DNA of 25,410 nt, taken from positions 1-25,410 of the forward strand of contig JAKZXP010000324.1 in the NCBI GenBank assembly GCA_047514915.1, given 5' to 3'. The stretch comes from Terriglobia bacterium. GTDB lineage: Bacteria; Acidobacteriota; Terriglobia; JAJPHL01; JAPKYU01. The position numbers were made by a program, and so were the translations under genes. Below the pieces are notes generated by a model. It was not told the DNA's origin, searched no databases, and was given only the letters and a program-made list of their open reading frames with translations. Of this stretch, positions 1 to 8,640 are shown one piece after another (position 1 is the first letter of the stretch; every line of letters begins with the position of its first letter).

Positions 1-720
1 GCCCGGGGGATTGGAAAGATACAGCACCGGATCCCCCTTGCTGCGGAAGGGCACCCCTTGATAGACGGAGGGCAGAAACCCGCTGCTAAAGTTCTGCGTC
101 CCCGCGCTGGCGCCTGCTCCGGAACTGAGCACTACGAAACCTGGCAGGTTTTGCGACTCGCTGCCCAAACCGTAGGTCACCCAGGCTCCCATCGAGGGAC
201 GACCCGGGAGCGGGCTCCCACAGTTGATCATCAACTGACCTGGGTGGTGGTTGATCTGATTGGTCTGCATTGAGCGAATCAGGGAGATGTCGTCAGCGCA
301 GGTGGCCAAATGGGGCAGCCAATCAGAAATCTCGATCCCTGATTCTCCGTGGGGCTTAAAAACCCGCGGGCTGGCCCAGATCTTAGCCGTAGGCTGGATG
401 AAGGCCAGGTTGCCCACTTGCTTCCTCATCGACTCAGGTAAGCTCTGCCCTTCCCACTTCTTCAATTCCGGCTTGGGGTCGAGCAGATCGATCTGGCTCG
501 GCGCCCCGGCCATGAACAGGAAAATCACATTCTTGGCCTTGGGGGTAAAATGGGGCAGCTTGGGTTGCAGCGGATTCACATCGGGCAATCCTTCGCTCAG
601 GGTTCCGGCCGACCCTTCCAGCGCCAACAGATGCCAGAAGGCGATCATCCCTATGCCGCCGGCACACTCCTGTAGAAAACTCCGACGGTTTTGTATGCGC
701 TGGAACTCTTGAAAGTCCAT
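1..720 (-). CDS. DUF1501 domain-containing protein with Tat signal (partial, 3' end beyond left edge)
   Basis: Manual translation from ATG at 720 (3 nt after the upstream TGA; GGAG just upstream) gives MDFQEFQRIQNRRSFLQECAGGIG...AKNVIFLFMAGAPSQIDLLDPKP...GRPSMGAWVTYGLGSESQNLPGFVVL...FLPSVYQG, open to position 1. The GGPS/GAPSQ-D-xDPKP and GxWxxYGLG motifs are DUF1501-type, and NRRSFLQ is a twin-arginine motif. Absent from the ORF track because it has no stop in the window. Confidence 0.9.
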   Translation of the reverse strand, partial: MDFQEFQRIQNRRSFLQECAGGIGMIAFWHLLALEGSAGTLSEGLPDVNPLQPKLPHFTPKAKNVIFLFMAGAPSQIDLLDPKPELKKWEGQSLPESMRKQVGNLAFIQPTAKIWASPRVFKPHGESGIEISDWLPHLATCADDISLIRSMQTNQINHHPGQLMINCGSPLPGRPSMGAWVTYGLGSESQNLPGFVVLSSGAGASAGTQNFSSGFLPSVYQGVPFRSKGDPVLYLSNPPG

Positions 721-723
721 GGC

Positions 724-3429
724 TCACTCCCTGGTAATGAACTCATCCAGATTCAGCAGCACGCTGCTGAGACCCACCCAGGCAGCGGCTTCGGCAGGCT
801 CCACCCCGTCCACCCCCTGAGCGGGGAATACCTTCTCTATGGACTGAGGATCGCGCTCGAGAACTTCCTTCCGCTGCTGGTAATACTGGATGAGGGGATC
901 TTTCTCCGCCGGACGGGGCTTGCGGGCGAGACACAGCCGGAAGGCATACTCAATCCGGTCACTTAGACTTCCGGGTTTCTCTCGTAGCACCCGGGCAGCC
1001 AGGCCCTGCGCCGCCTCGAAAAAGACCGGGTCGTTCAGCAAGTTTAAAGCCTGCAAGGGGGTGGTGGAGCGCTCCCGCCGGCTACAGGAACTCAGCGAAT
1101 CCGGCGCGTCAAAGGTCGTCATTTGCGGATAGGGCACCATCCGTTGGAAGAAGGTATAGAGGCCCCGGCGATAGCGGTCCGCTCCCTGGCTCTCGTTCCA
1201 GAAGATCCACTCGTTCATGCCAAAGCCGAGTTCCAGGACACTGGCAGGTAGCGGCGGGCGCACGCTCTTGCCCCCGATGGCCGGGTTCAACAGGCCACTG
1301 GCCGCCAGCGTCACGTCCCGGACCAGCTCCGCCGACAAGCGAAGCCGCTGTTGACGCGCCAGTAACTGGTTGGAGGGATCGCGCTCTTCCAGCTCCGGGC
1401 GGATCTTCGACGACTGCCTGTAGGTGGCCGAGGTCACCAACAGCTTGTGAACCTTCTTCACGTTCCAGCCGTTGTCCATGAACCCCACCGCTAGCCAATC
1501 CAGCAGCTTCCGATGCGCAGACGGTTTGCCCCGGGTGCCAAAGTCCTCGGAGGTTTCCACCAGGCCCCGGCCAAACAACTCCTGCCACATCCGGTTCACC
1601 GTCACCCGCGCCGTCAGCGGGTTCTCCGTCGATACCAGCCATCGCGCCAGGCTGAGGCGGTTGGCGTGACCATTGGGGGAACGCAGGGGCGGTAGGAACG
1701 CCGGCGTATTGGGTTGAACCTCTATGCCCGGACGATCCCAAACGCCCCGAATGAGTAAATGCGTCTTAGGAGGATTAGGGTTCTCGTTCAGGGTCAGCGC
1801 TTCGCTCAGCGCCGGATATTCCTCCTTTAGATACTCCAGCTTTTTCCGCAGCTCTTTAAACTTTTTTTTCTCTTTTGGTCCAAAGTCAGGTGGAGGCCAC
1901 TTGACCAAGTGATCTACGAGCAGGTCCTGCACCTTCTGGGAGCGTTGAGCGGGGGGAATCCGGATGAGGTCTTGCGCGCCGTCGGTCCCGTGGTCGGGGT
2001 CAACAGCTAGGTAGTGCCATTCGACTTGCCACGGGAGACTGGCAGACTCTAGATTGTCGCCGGTTTCCAGCATCTTCTTCTCCCACTCTGGATAGAGTTT
2101 CGGCACACCGTAGTCGGCCAATAGCTCCCGTCTCTTCTTGTCATACTCGGGCTTCCGCAGAAGGTAGGGTCCCAACTCCCCGGGCAAAGGGGCTTCAATG
2201 TTGACTTCCTGGCCGGTATCAAAGAAGGCGTACAGTTGGTAATAGTCTTTCTGGGTAACGGGATCGAACTTATGGTCGTGACACTGCGCACAACCCACCG
2301 TCAGGCCCAGCCACACAGTGCCCAGAGTATTGGTGCGATCCAGCACCTGCTCGTTGCGCCGCTGTTCCAAAGGCATGCCGCCTTCGCGGTTGGTCAGGGT
2401 CTGACGCAGAAATCCGGTCGCGACCTTCTGTTCCACCGTGGCGTTGGGCAGCAGGTTACCCGCCAGTTGCTCAATGGTGAACTGATCAAAGGGCATATTG
2501 CGGTTCAGCGCGTCGATCACCCAATGACGCCAGCGCCAGGCATGGGATCGGGCCCTATCGTTTTCGTAACCGTCGCTCTCGCCATAGTGGGCCAGATCGA
2601 GCCAATGGCGGGCCCATTTCTCCCCGTAATGGGGCGAGGCTAGCAGCCGGTCCACCAAACGCTCATAAGCGTCAGGCTGGTTGTCGGCCAGAAATTCATC
2701 GATTTCGCGGGGGGTAGGCGGCAGGCCACTCAGGTCCAGACTCACCCGCCGGATCAGCGTAGTGCGGTCAGCTTCCGGCGAAGGTTCAATCCCTTCCACC
2801 TCCAGCTTAGCCAGCACAAAGGCATCGATGGAGTTTCTTATCCAAGTTCGATTCCGGGCCCGATTCCGGACCTGAGGCACGGCAGCCCGTTGCGGCGGTA
2901 TGAAGGCCCAATGGGTCGTCTGGGGTTTCTCGCTCTGAGCCACTTCTGGACTGGGGGCCGCCTGCTGCTCAGGCCACTCGGCTCCTTGATCAATCCATGC
3001 CCGCAGGAGCCCCACTTGCTCGGGGGTGAGCTTTTCGCCCACCAGCGGCATCACCAAACCTTCCTTGTCTTTGTCTTTCTTCACCCCCGCTACCATATGG
3101 ATCAGCTTACTCTCGGCACTGTTCCCCAACAGGATGACGGCGCCTGAGTATCCACCCGCCAGGGCAGCCTGTCGACTGTCCAGCCGCAACCCTCCCATCT
3201 GCTTCTCTGGCCCGTGGCAGGACTCACACCTCTCTTTGAATAGGGGACCGACATCGCGCCCAAAATCCACCTGGCTCTTGGCCGGCGGCGGCAGCGCCCC
3301 CTCATCGGTCTCGCCGGCCGGCTGCGAGCCTGCCCATGCTGAGACGGCCACCAGGCAGCAAACCAAACCCCAGATTCGAAGCCAGGTTCGAAGCCAGATT
3401 TGAAGCCAGATTTGAGGATTGTTACGCAT
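724..3429 (-). CDS. PSD1 and planctomycete cytochrome C domain-containing protein (PSCyt1 + DUF1549 + DUF1553)
   Basis: ORF 724..3546, trimmed to the ATG at 3429 (GAGGT RBS, followed by a signal-peptide-like segment ending VSAWA). CxxCH at RCESCHG and GCAQCHDHK; DUF1549 motifs (IDAFVLAKL, YGEKWARHWLDLA, FDQFTIEQLAG); DUF1553 motifs (PLTARVTVNRMWQELFGRGLV, STTPLQALNLLN, LLNLDEF). Confidence 0.9.
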   Translation of the reverse strand: MRNNPQIWLQIWLRTWLRIWGLVCCLVAVSAWAGSQPAGETDEGALPPPAKSQVDFGRDVGPLFKERCESCHGPEKQMGGLRLDSRQAALAGGYSGAVILLGNSAESKLIHMVAGVKKDKDKEGLVMPLVGEKLTPEQVGLLRAWIDQGAEWPEQQAAPSPEVAQSEKPQTTHWAFIPPQRAAVPQVRNRARNRTWIRNSIDAFVLAKLEVEGIEPSPEADRTTLIRRVSLDLSGLPPTPREIDEFLADNQPDAYERLVDRLLASPHYGEKWARHWLDLAHYGESDGYENDRARSHAWRWRHWVIDALNRNMPFDQFTIEQLAGNLLPNATVEQKVATGFLRQTLTNREGGMPLEQRRNEQVLDRTNTLGTVWLGLTVGCAQCHDHKFDPVTQKDYYQLYAFFDTGQEVNIEAPLPGELGPYLLRKPEYDKKRRELLADYGVPKLYPEWEKKMLETGDNLESASLPWQVEWHYLAVDPDHGTDGAQDLIRIPPAQRSQKVQDLLVDHLVKWPPPDFGPKEKKKFKELRKKLEYLKEEYPALSEALTLNENPNPPKTHLLIRGVWDRPGIEVQPNTPAFLPPLRSPNGHANRLSLARWLVSTENPLTARVTVNRMWQELFGRGLVETSEDFGTRGKPSAHRKLLDWLAVGFMDNGWNVKKVHKLLVTSATYRQSSKIRPELEERDPSNQLLARQQRLRLSAELVRDVTLAASGLLNPAIGGKSVRPPLPASVLELGFGMNEWIFWNESQGADRYRRGLYTFFQRMVPYPQMTTFDAPDSLSSCSRRERSTTPLQALNLLNDPVFFEAAQGLAARVLREKPGSLSDRIEYAFRLCLARKPRPAEKDPLIQYYQQRKEVLERDPQSIEKVFPAQGVDGVEPAEAAAWVGLSSVLLNLDEFITRE
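2849..2872. repeat. 12-bp tandem duplication x2 (in-frame, RNRA/RNRT)
   Basis: cgattccgggcc / cgattccggacc. Confidence 0.7.
3370..3417. repeat. 12-bp tandem repeat x4 (in-frame, QIWL/QIWL/RTWL/RIWG in the signal region)
   Basis: ccagattcgaag / ccaggttcgaag / ccagatttgaag / ccagatttgagg. Confidence 0.85.
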
Positions 3430-3524
3430 GGACCTCAACCTGAGAGACTCGTGTACTGCCTGCTCACACACTCCTCCGCTAGTGCTATTGTACATTTCCG
3501 TCCTCGGGGGTTCAAGCATCCCTA

Positions 3525-3550
3525 GGGGATCAAACCTGGGGATCAACCCT
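3525..3550. repeat. 13-bp tandem duplication x2 (intergenic)
   Basis: ggggatcaaacct / ggggatcaaccct. Confidence 0.75.
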
Positions 3551-3833
3551 GGCGGACAACGCGGGCATCAGCCCGGCTTTCCCCCTGGACGACTTCTGAG
3601 CAGCTAGGGCGCACTGCTGACAGCCACTGGCCTGTGGGTATGGCTCCGAACGAGTCGAGCCCCCGGTACCGGCGCGGCGGGTATCTGGTGTCCCGGGGCA
3701 AGCAGCGCGGAACCGTTGCCTTTTGCGGAGTCTTCAGCTATCTTTGATGCGCGCCGCGGCAAGGGCCACGGCAAGATAAAGATGTGCTTGCGTCATCTGC
3801 GCGGGAATTCCAGACAGAGAAGGAACCTAGTTC

Positions 3834-4529
3834 ATGAACGTGATTGCCAATACCTACCTTGATGCCATTGACCAGCAGGTTGCCACGCGCAGCCTTTTGC
3901 TACATCCCTTCTACCAGAGCTGGACCCAGGGGAAGCTCAGTCGCGATGCTCTCGGCGACTATGCCGAGCAGTATTACCATCACGTTGCGGCCTTCCCCAC
4001 CTACCTATCCGCCCTGCACTCCCACACGGAGGACGCCGTCGTCCGACGGCACATCCTGGCCAATCTGATGGACGAAGAGGCTGGCACCCCGAACCACCCG
4101 GAGCTGTGGCTTCGCTTTGCCGAAGGCGTGGGCCTGAATCGGGAACAAGTGCAGCAGGCGAAACTGTGGGACGAGACCAAAAGCCTGATTCATACCTTTC
4201 GCAGAATCTGCCGTGACCGCAGCCCGGCCGATGGTGTGGCGGCTCTTTATGCGTATGAGAGCCAAATTCCCGCTGTGGCAGAAACCAAGATTGACGGATT
4301 GAGGAAATTCTACAGTTTCCGGGACGAGCGCGGCCTGGCTTACTTTCGCGTCCATGTGGAGGCGGATCGCGAGCACGCTGCGGTCGAACGCGGGGTGCTG
4401 GAGTCCTACCTGAACGAAACTACAGCGACCTCGGCCACCGAATCGGTAGGCGAGGTGCTTGACGCGCTGTGGGCGTTGCTGTCAGCAGTCTGCCGGCGCC
4501 ACGGCATCGCCTGTCCGACTGCGTCCTGA
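3834..4529 (+). CDS. CADD (CT610)-like heme-oxygenase-like dimetal oxidase, putative p-aminobenzoate synthase (TenA/PqqC superfamily)
   Basis: 231 aa, collinear with my recollection of Chlamydia CT610: HPFY27, Y43, Y47, NLMDE81...NH88, Y141-E142-SQIP, K152, Y170, H174, D178, H181. AAGGAA upstream. Confidence 0.85.
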   Translation: MNVIANTYLDAIDQQVATRSLLLHPFYQSWTQGKLSRDALGDYAEQYYHHVAAFPTYLSALHSHTEDAVVRRHILANLMDEEAGTPNHPELWLRFAEGVGLNREQVQQAKLWDETKSLIHTFRRICRDRSPADGVAALYAYESQIPAVAETKIDGLRKFYSFRDERGLAYFRVHVEADREHAAVERGVLESYLNETTATSATESVGEVLDALWALLSAVCRRHGIACPTAS

Positions 4530-4706
4530 CCCGCAGACCTGAACCCCTGGTCTGGCCCCTGCTTGGCTATGACTTTCTTTCCCGCGTGGTGCGTCCGTAC
4601 GGCGAGAATGGGCGGCGAGAATGGTAAGCTGGTATGGGAAGACCTTTGATGGAGAGGGTTGTACCTTTGAGTTTGGCTTCTTGTTTTCTCCTGGCGAGGT
4701 GAAGCC

Positions 4707-5579
4707 ATGGACCCCAAGCCCGAGGCCGCAAGCAAGATTTCTGCCCCGCTGATTCTCGATCGCAAGCTGCGTGGGAAAAAGATCACCTGCCTGACCGCGT
4801 ATGACTATCCCACAGCCCGGTTGGTGGACGAGGCGGGGATCGACCTGATTCTTGTGGGAGATTCCCTGGGCCAGGTGGTGCTGGGCTACGAATCCACCAT
4901 TCCGGTGACGGCGGAGGAAATGCTCCACCACCTGCGGGCGGCGCGCCGAGGGACGCAGCGCGCCCTATTGGTCGTTGATCTCCCCTACGGCTCCTACCAC
5001 CCGAGTGAAGAAGAGGGCCTGCGGACCGCCATTCGCTTTTTCAAGGAAGGAGGCGCCGAGGCCGTGAAAATCGAAGGGGGCAAGAAGCGGATGGGCCTCA
5101 TTCGCCGTCTGGTCGAGGCCGAAATTCCTGTGATGGGCCACATTGGCTTAACCCCCCAATCGGTTCGCGCCTTCGGCGGTTATCGTGTGCAAGGCAAGAC
5201 CACCGAATCGGCCAACGACGTGCTGGCCGACGCCCAAGCTGTGGAGGACGCCGGCGCATTTTCCATCGTACTGGAAGGTATTCCGAGGGAACTCGCGGCC
5301 ATCATCACCCGACGGCTGCGCATTCCCACGATCGGCATCGGCGCCGGGCCCGAGTGCGACGGCCAAGTCCTGGTGATTCACGACCTTCTGGGCTTGAGTT
5401 TTCAGCCACAAGCAAAGTTTGTGCGGGCTTACGCCGATCTCACACAGACGGCGCGGGACGCGTTGGTGCGATTCCGCAACGACGTCCTGGTGGGCCGCTA
5501 CCCGAGCGACCGAGAGTCATACCACTGGCCAGCGGGCTTGCGCAAACAGTTCGAGAAAGTGGACGTAAATAAAATATAG
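4707..5579 (+). CDS. panB: 3-methyl-2-oxobutanoate hydroxymethyltransferase
   Basis: LTAYDYPTARLVDEAGIDLILVGDSLG, DLPYGSY, AVKIEGG, GHIGLTPQS, PTIGIGAG, GQVLVIHDLLG; GAGGTG RBS. Confidence 0.97.
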   Translation: MDPKPEAASKISAPLILDRKLRGKKITCLTAYDYPTARLVDEAGIDLILVGDSLGQVVLGYESTIPVTAEEMLHHLRAARRGTQRALLVVDLPYGSYHPSEEEGLRTAIRFFKEGGAEAVKIEGGKKRMGLIRRLVEAEIPVMGHIGLTPQSVRAFGGYRVQGKTTESANDVLADAQAVEDAGAFSIVLEGIPRELAAIITRRLRIPTIGIGAGPECDGQVLVIHDLLGLSFQPQAKFVRAYADLTQTARDALVRFRNDVLVGRYPSDRESYHWPAGLRKQFEKVDVNKI

Positions 5580-5690
5580 GTTCCGCAAGGCGTTCAACCC
5601 GGCCTTACCGCAGCTTCCCGCTCCAAGCCGCTTGAGGCGGACCTTGGTTAGCCGGTCAGCTCCCCACACAGTTGCCTGAGGCGTAGGGCG

Positions 5691-6611
5691 ATGCGTCTTT
5701 TCACTTCCATCACGGAAATGCAGGAGTTCGTCGGCCAGACTCGGGGCGCTGGCAAGTCGCTGGCGCTCGTTCCCACTATGGGGGCGCTGCACGAAGGCCA
5801 CTTCAGCCTGGTGCGCGAGGCCAAGCGGCACTGCGACGCGGTGGTGGTCTCGATGTTCGTGAACCCCACACAGTTCGGACCCAGCGAGGACTTCACCCGC
5901 TATCCGCACAATCTGGAAGAAGACCTGGAACTCCTCCGTCCCTACAACGTTGACGCGACTTTCGCCCCCAGCACGGCGGAAATGTACCCGGAAGGATTCC
6001 AGACCTTGGTGGAACCGGGCGCCCTCGCCGCTCCTCTTGAAGGCGCGTCTCGTCCCGGTCATTTTCGAGGCGTTGTCACCGTGGTCCTGAAACTGTTCCG
6101 CATCGTGAGTCCGGACGTCACCTGCTTCGGCCAGAAAGATTTTCAGCAGGCACTGGTAATCCGCCATATGGTGAGAGATTTAAACCTGGGCGTTCGTTTG
6201 ATCATCTGCCCCATCGTCCGGGACCCTGACGGGCTGGCGAAAAGCTCGCGCCATGCCTACATGAGTCCTGAAGACCGCCAGACGGCGCTTGTACTCAACA
6301 GCAGCCTCCGTCGGGCCAAGGAACTCGTCGAGGCGGGACAAACCGAGGCACAGAGTCTGCTGGAAGAAATGCGGAAGGTCTTCGCCGGAGAACCGCGGGC
6401 CCGCCTTGATTATCTTGCCATCGTCGATCCAGTCCGGTTGCAGCCTGTCGAGCGCGTCACGCCCGGCTGCGTGGCGCTAGGAGCAGTATGGGTTGGACCG
6501 GCGCGATTGATCGACAACCTGATTTTCGGCCCGTCCGGCGCCAGTGAGGAAATGCTTCTTGAACTAGCGCTAAGCCGACCTGAAGTAGCTGAGCGCGCCA
6601 CGGATTCTTAG
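5691..6611 (+). CDS. panC: Pantoate--beta-alanine ligase
   Basis: VPTMGALHEGH (HIGH-like), FVNPTQFGPSEDF, RPGHFRGV, FGQKDFQQ, PIVRDPDGLAKSSR, RLIDN. Confidence 0.96.
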   Translation: MRLFTSITEMQEFVGQTRGAGKSLALVPTMGALHEGHFSLVREAKRHCDAVVVSMFVNPTQFGPSEDFTRYPHNLEEDLELLRPYNVDATFAPSTAEMYPEGFQTLVEPGALAAPLEGASRPGHFRGVVTVVLKLFRIVSPDVTCFGQKDFQQALVIRHMVRDLNLGVRLIICPIVRDPDGLAKSSRHAYMSPEDRQTALVLNSSLRRAKELVEAGQTEAQSLLEEMRKVFAGEPRARLDYLAIVDPVRLQPVERVTPGCVALGAVWVGPARLIDNLIFGPSGASEEMLLELALSRPEVAERATDS

Positions 6612-6664
6612 CAGGGTAGCAAGTTTCAGAAGAGGTGGCCGGCCGTATCTTTGCGGTCTGGGTC

Positions 6665-8521
6665 TTACTTTGCCCTGGAGAATACCACCAGCTCAACTCC
6701 GACGATGACACCGCGACCGGGCATGGGAATTCCGGCAATCTCCTCGTAGGCTGTGTTCGTCAGGTTGCTGAATTGCAAGAACGGACGGAACCGGCCGCCG
6801 GCTCGGGCCAGATATAGGTCCCACAGAGCATAGGGATCGCGGGCGAACCTCTTTGTGGCACCTACCCGCGTGCGGGCGAGCAGTCCGTGCGGCAGCAGCG
6901 CCCGCCAGGAAACCACCGCAGCTTGGGATGGGTAGTTGAAGACATAGCGCGAAGGAAATCCGAGCAAGTCCGATTGGGCACCGTGCAGGGCCGAGTAGCG
7001 GAAATCAAGCCAGTGGGAACGAGCCACAACTGTGTTGACGGAGGCTTCCAGTCCGGTGAAGCGGAGACGCTGAAAATTGGTCGCCCGCCAGATATCGTCG
7101 GGAGAGCGCCGCACCCAGTCAATCCCGTCGCGCTCCCGCCGCTGAAACACCACAACCTCCCCACGCAATTTTCTCCCGGCGTTCCAGTCCAGGCCTCCCT
7201 CATAACTCCAGGCTTTCTCCGGCCGTAAGTCGGGTGAACCCTGATTGGCGGGGTCGTGATAGTAGAGGTCGGTATAGGAGGGAAGGCGGAAAGCGCGGCC
7301 GACACTTCCCCGAAGCTTGAAGTGCGGCGAGAGCCAGACCCCAGTGCTGAAAGTGGGGCTGAACTGGCTGGCCGAAGAGCTGTAGACCTCCTCCCTGACT
7401 CCCAGCGTGAAGGAGAAGCGGCGCACCGCCCGGACGTCTAGCGCCAGGTAACCGGCCCCGCGCGAGCGGGAATGTTGGCCCAGGTTGTTGCTATCAATCG
7501 AATCGCGATAGCCCTCCACCCCGTAATGAAGCTTGATGTTCTGCCGCAGGGGTTCTTGTCGGCGCAAGCTGACCTGAAAGCTCCTGGCCGCGTGTCGGTT
7601 GGTGAAAACTTCCGGGCGGTCCCGGAACAGGACAAACAGGTCCGTGTGCCGGCGGAACGCGAACGACGCCTCCGTGCGCGGCCCTAATTGCTGTCGCACG
7701 GCGGCGTACCAGGTCTTGGTGCGTTCCCAGGAGTTGAAATTTCCGTAGAACTGGTCGGCCCCGAAGGGGCGGTCATTGTGCGCCAGGGTCAGATCGGTCT
7801 CGCCCAGCCGGGACGACAGGTCCGTCGTCGAGCTGATCGATAGGTTGCGGTAGTCCCGGTTGGGACTGAACCCGGAGGAAAAATCCCGGGAGAAACTGAT
7901 TTGTTCGGCAACCCGTCCCCGGACCAAAGACAGCGTGCCCCGCTGCTGGTTCACTCCGAAGTTGCCCACCGAGCTGCGGAGGCGGAACTCTGAAAATTCC
8001 GGCGTTTTGGTGATGATGTTCAACACCCCGCCGACCGCGTCCGACCCATAGAGCGTCGAGCCAGACCCGCGCAGGATCTCCAGACGGCTGACTGCGGACA
8101 GCGGCACCGGGATGTCCATGTTGTGGTGCCCCGACTGCGCGTCGTTGATCCGCACCCCGTCCAGCAGAATCAGCGTCTGGCCGAACGTTCCCCCCCGGAT
8201 CGACAAATCCGACTGCACTCCGTTCGGAGCGCGGCTGCGCAGATCCAGCGACGGATCCAGCCGCAAAAGGTCTGCCAGAGTATTGGTTACCAACTCCAGT
8301 TCGCTGACATCGAACGCGCTCACTGAGCGGTCCCGGTCTTCCAGTGGGATTGGCTCGTAGCTACCGGTCACAATGACGGACTCGTGCCGCGTGGGCTCCT
8401 TCTCTCTGTCTGACGCCTTGTCTGACGCCAGGTCCGACGGCAGTTGGTCATCCGACGCCAGGGCAGAGGAGCAGAAGAGCAACAAGAGCAGAAACAACAT
8501 CAGCACAAATATTAAACCCAT
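6665..8521 (-). CDS. TonB-dependent outer-membrane receptor (BtuB-like architecture, substrate unknown)
   Basis: ORF 6665..8596; the start was moved to MGLIFVLM.. (8521), which gives a clean signal peptide. TonB-box-like ESVIVTG; plug motifs SIRGGTFGQTLILLDG and RLEILRGSGSTLYGSDAVGGVLNIIT; barrel motifs NPDL-like (GSPDLRPEKAWSYEGG) and C-terminal SNLTNTAYEE..MPGR. Confidence 0.88.
   Translation of the reverse strand: MGLIFVLMLFLLLLLFCSSALASDDQLPSDLASDKASDREKEPTRHESVIVTGSYEPIPLEDRDRSVSAFDVSELELVTNTLADLLRLDPSLDLRSRAPNGVQSDLSIRGGTFGQTLILLDGVRINDAQSGHHNMDIPVPLSAVSRLEILRGSGSTLYGSDAVGGVLNIITKTPEFSEFRLRSSVGNFGVNQQRGTLSLVRGRVAEQISFSRDFSSGFSPNRDYRNLSISSTTDLSSRLGETDLTLAHNDRPFGADQFYGNFNSWERTKTWYAAVRQQLGPRTEASFAFRRHTDLFVLFRDRPEVFTNRHAARSFQVSLRRQEPLRQNIKLHYGVEGYRDSIDSNNLGQHSRSRGAGYLALDVRAVRRFSFTLGVREEVYSSSASQFSPTFSTGVWLSPHFKLRGSVGRAFRLPSYTDLYYHDPANQGSPDLRPEKAWSYEGGLDWNAGRKLRGEVVVFQRRERDGIDWVRRSPDDIWRATNFQRLRFTGLEASVNTVVARSHWLDFRYSALHGAQSDLLGFPSRYVFNYPSQAAVVSWRALLPHGLLARTRVGATKRFARDPYALWDLYLARAGGRFRPFLQFSNLTNTAYEEIAGIPMPGRGVIVGVELVVFSRAK
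8407..8442. repeat. 12-bp tandem repeat x3 (in-frame, N-terminal linker of the TBDR)
   Basis: tgtctgacgcct / tgtctgacgcca / ggtccgacggca. Confidence 0.65.
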
Positions 8522-8640
8522 CTGCGTCCAGCCGGGTGAGGATTCTTTAGCGTGCGGGTTTCTTGATTGGAACGCCGGGACCAGCGGTGAGCGCACAAGC
8601 TTCTGTCTTTGTTTGCCATTGGCAGAGGGGTGTCATAGCC

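Noticed and set aside
58-1741. ORFs 58..273, 260..712, 691..966, 1109..1741 and similar
   Set aside because: They overlap the DUF1501 and PSD1 genes in other frames or strands and have no recognisable features.
3560-3833. THF or ZTP riboswitch upstream of the CADD-like gene
   Set aside because: I could not match the conserved cores by eye; an Infernal scan would be needed to exclude one formally.
3834-4529. PqqC or thiaminase II (TenA) assignment
   Set aside because: No pqqA/B/D/E or thi genes nearby; the residue pattern (Y27, K152, E81/H88/E142/H174/D178/H181) follows CADD.
4707-6611. Missing panD/panE as a novel pathway gap
   Set aside because: These genes are often elsewhere or replaced (e.g. 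IlvC for PanE); this cannot be judged from one window.
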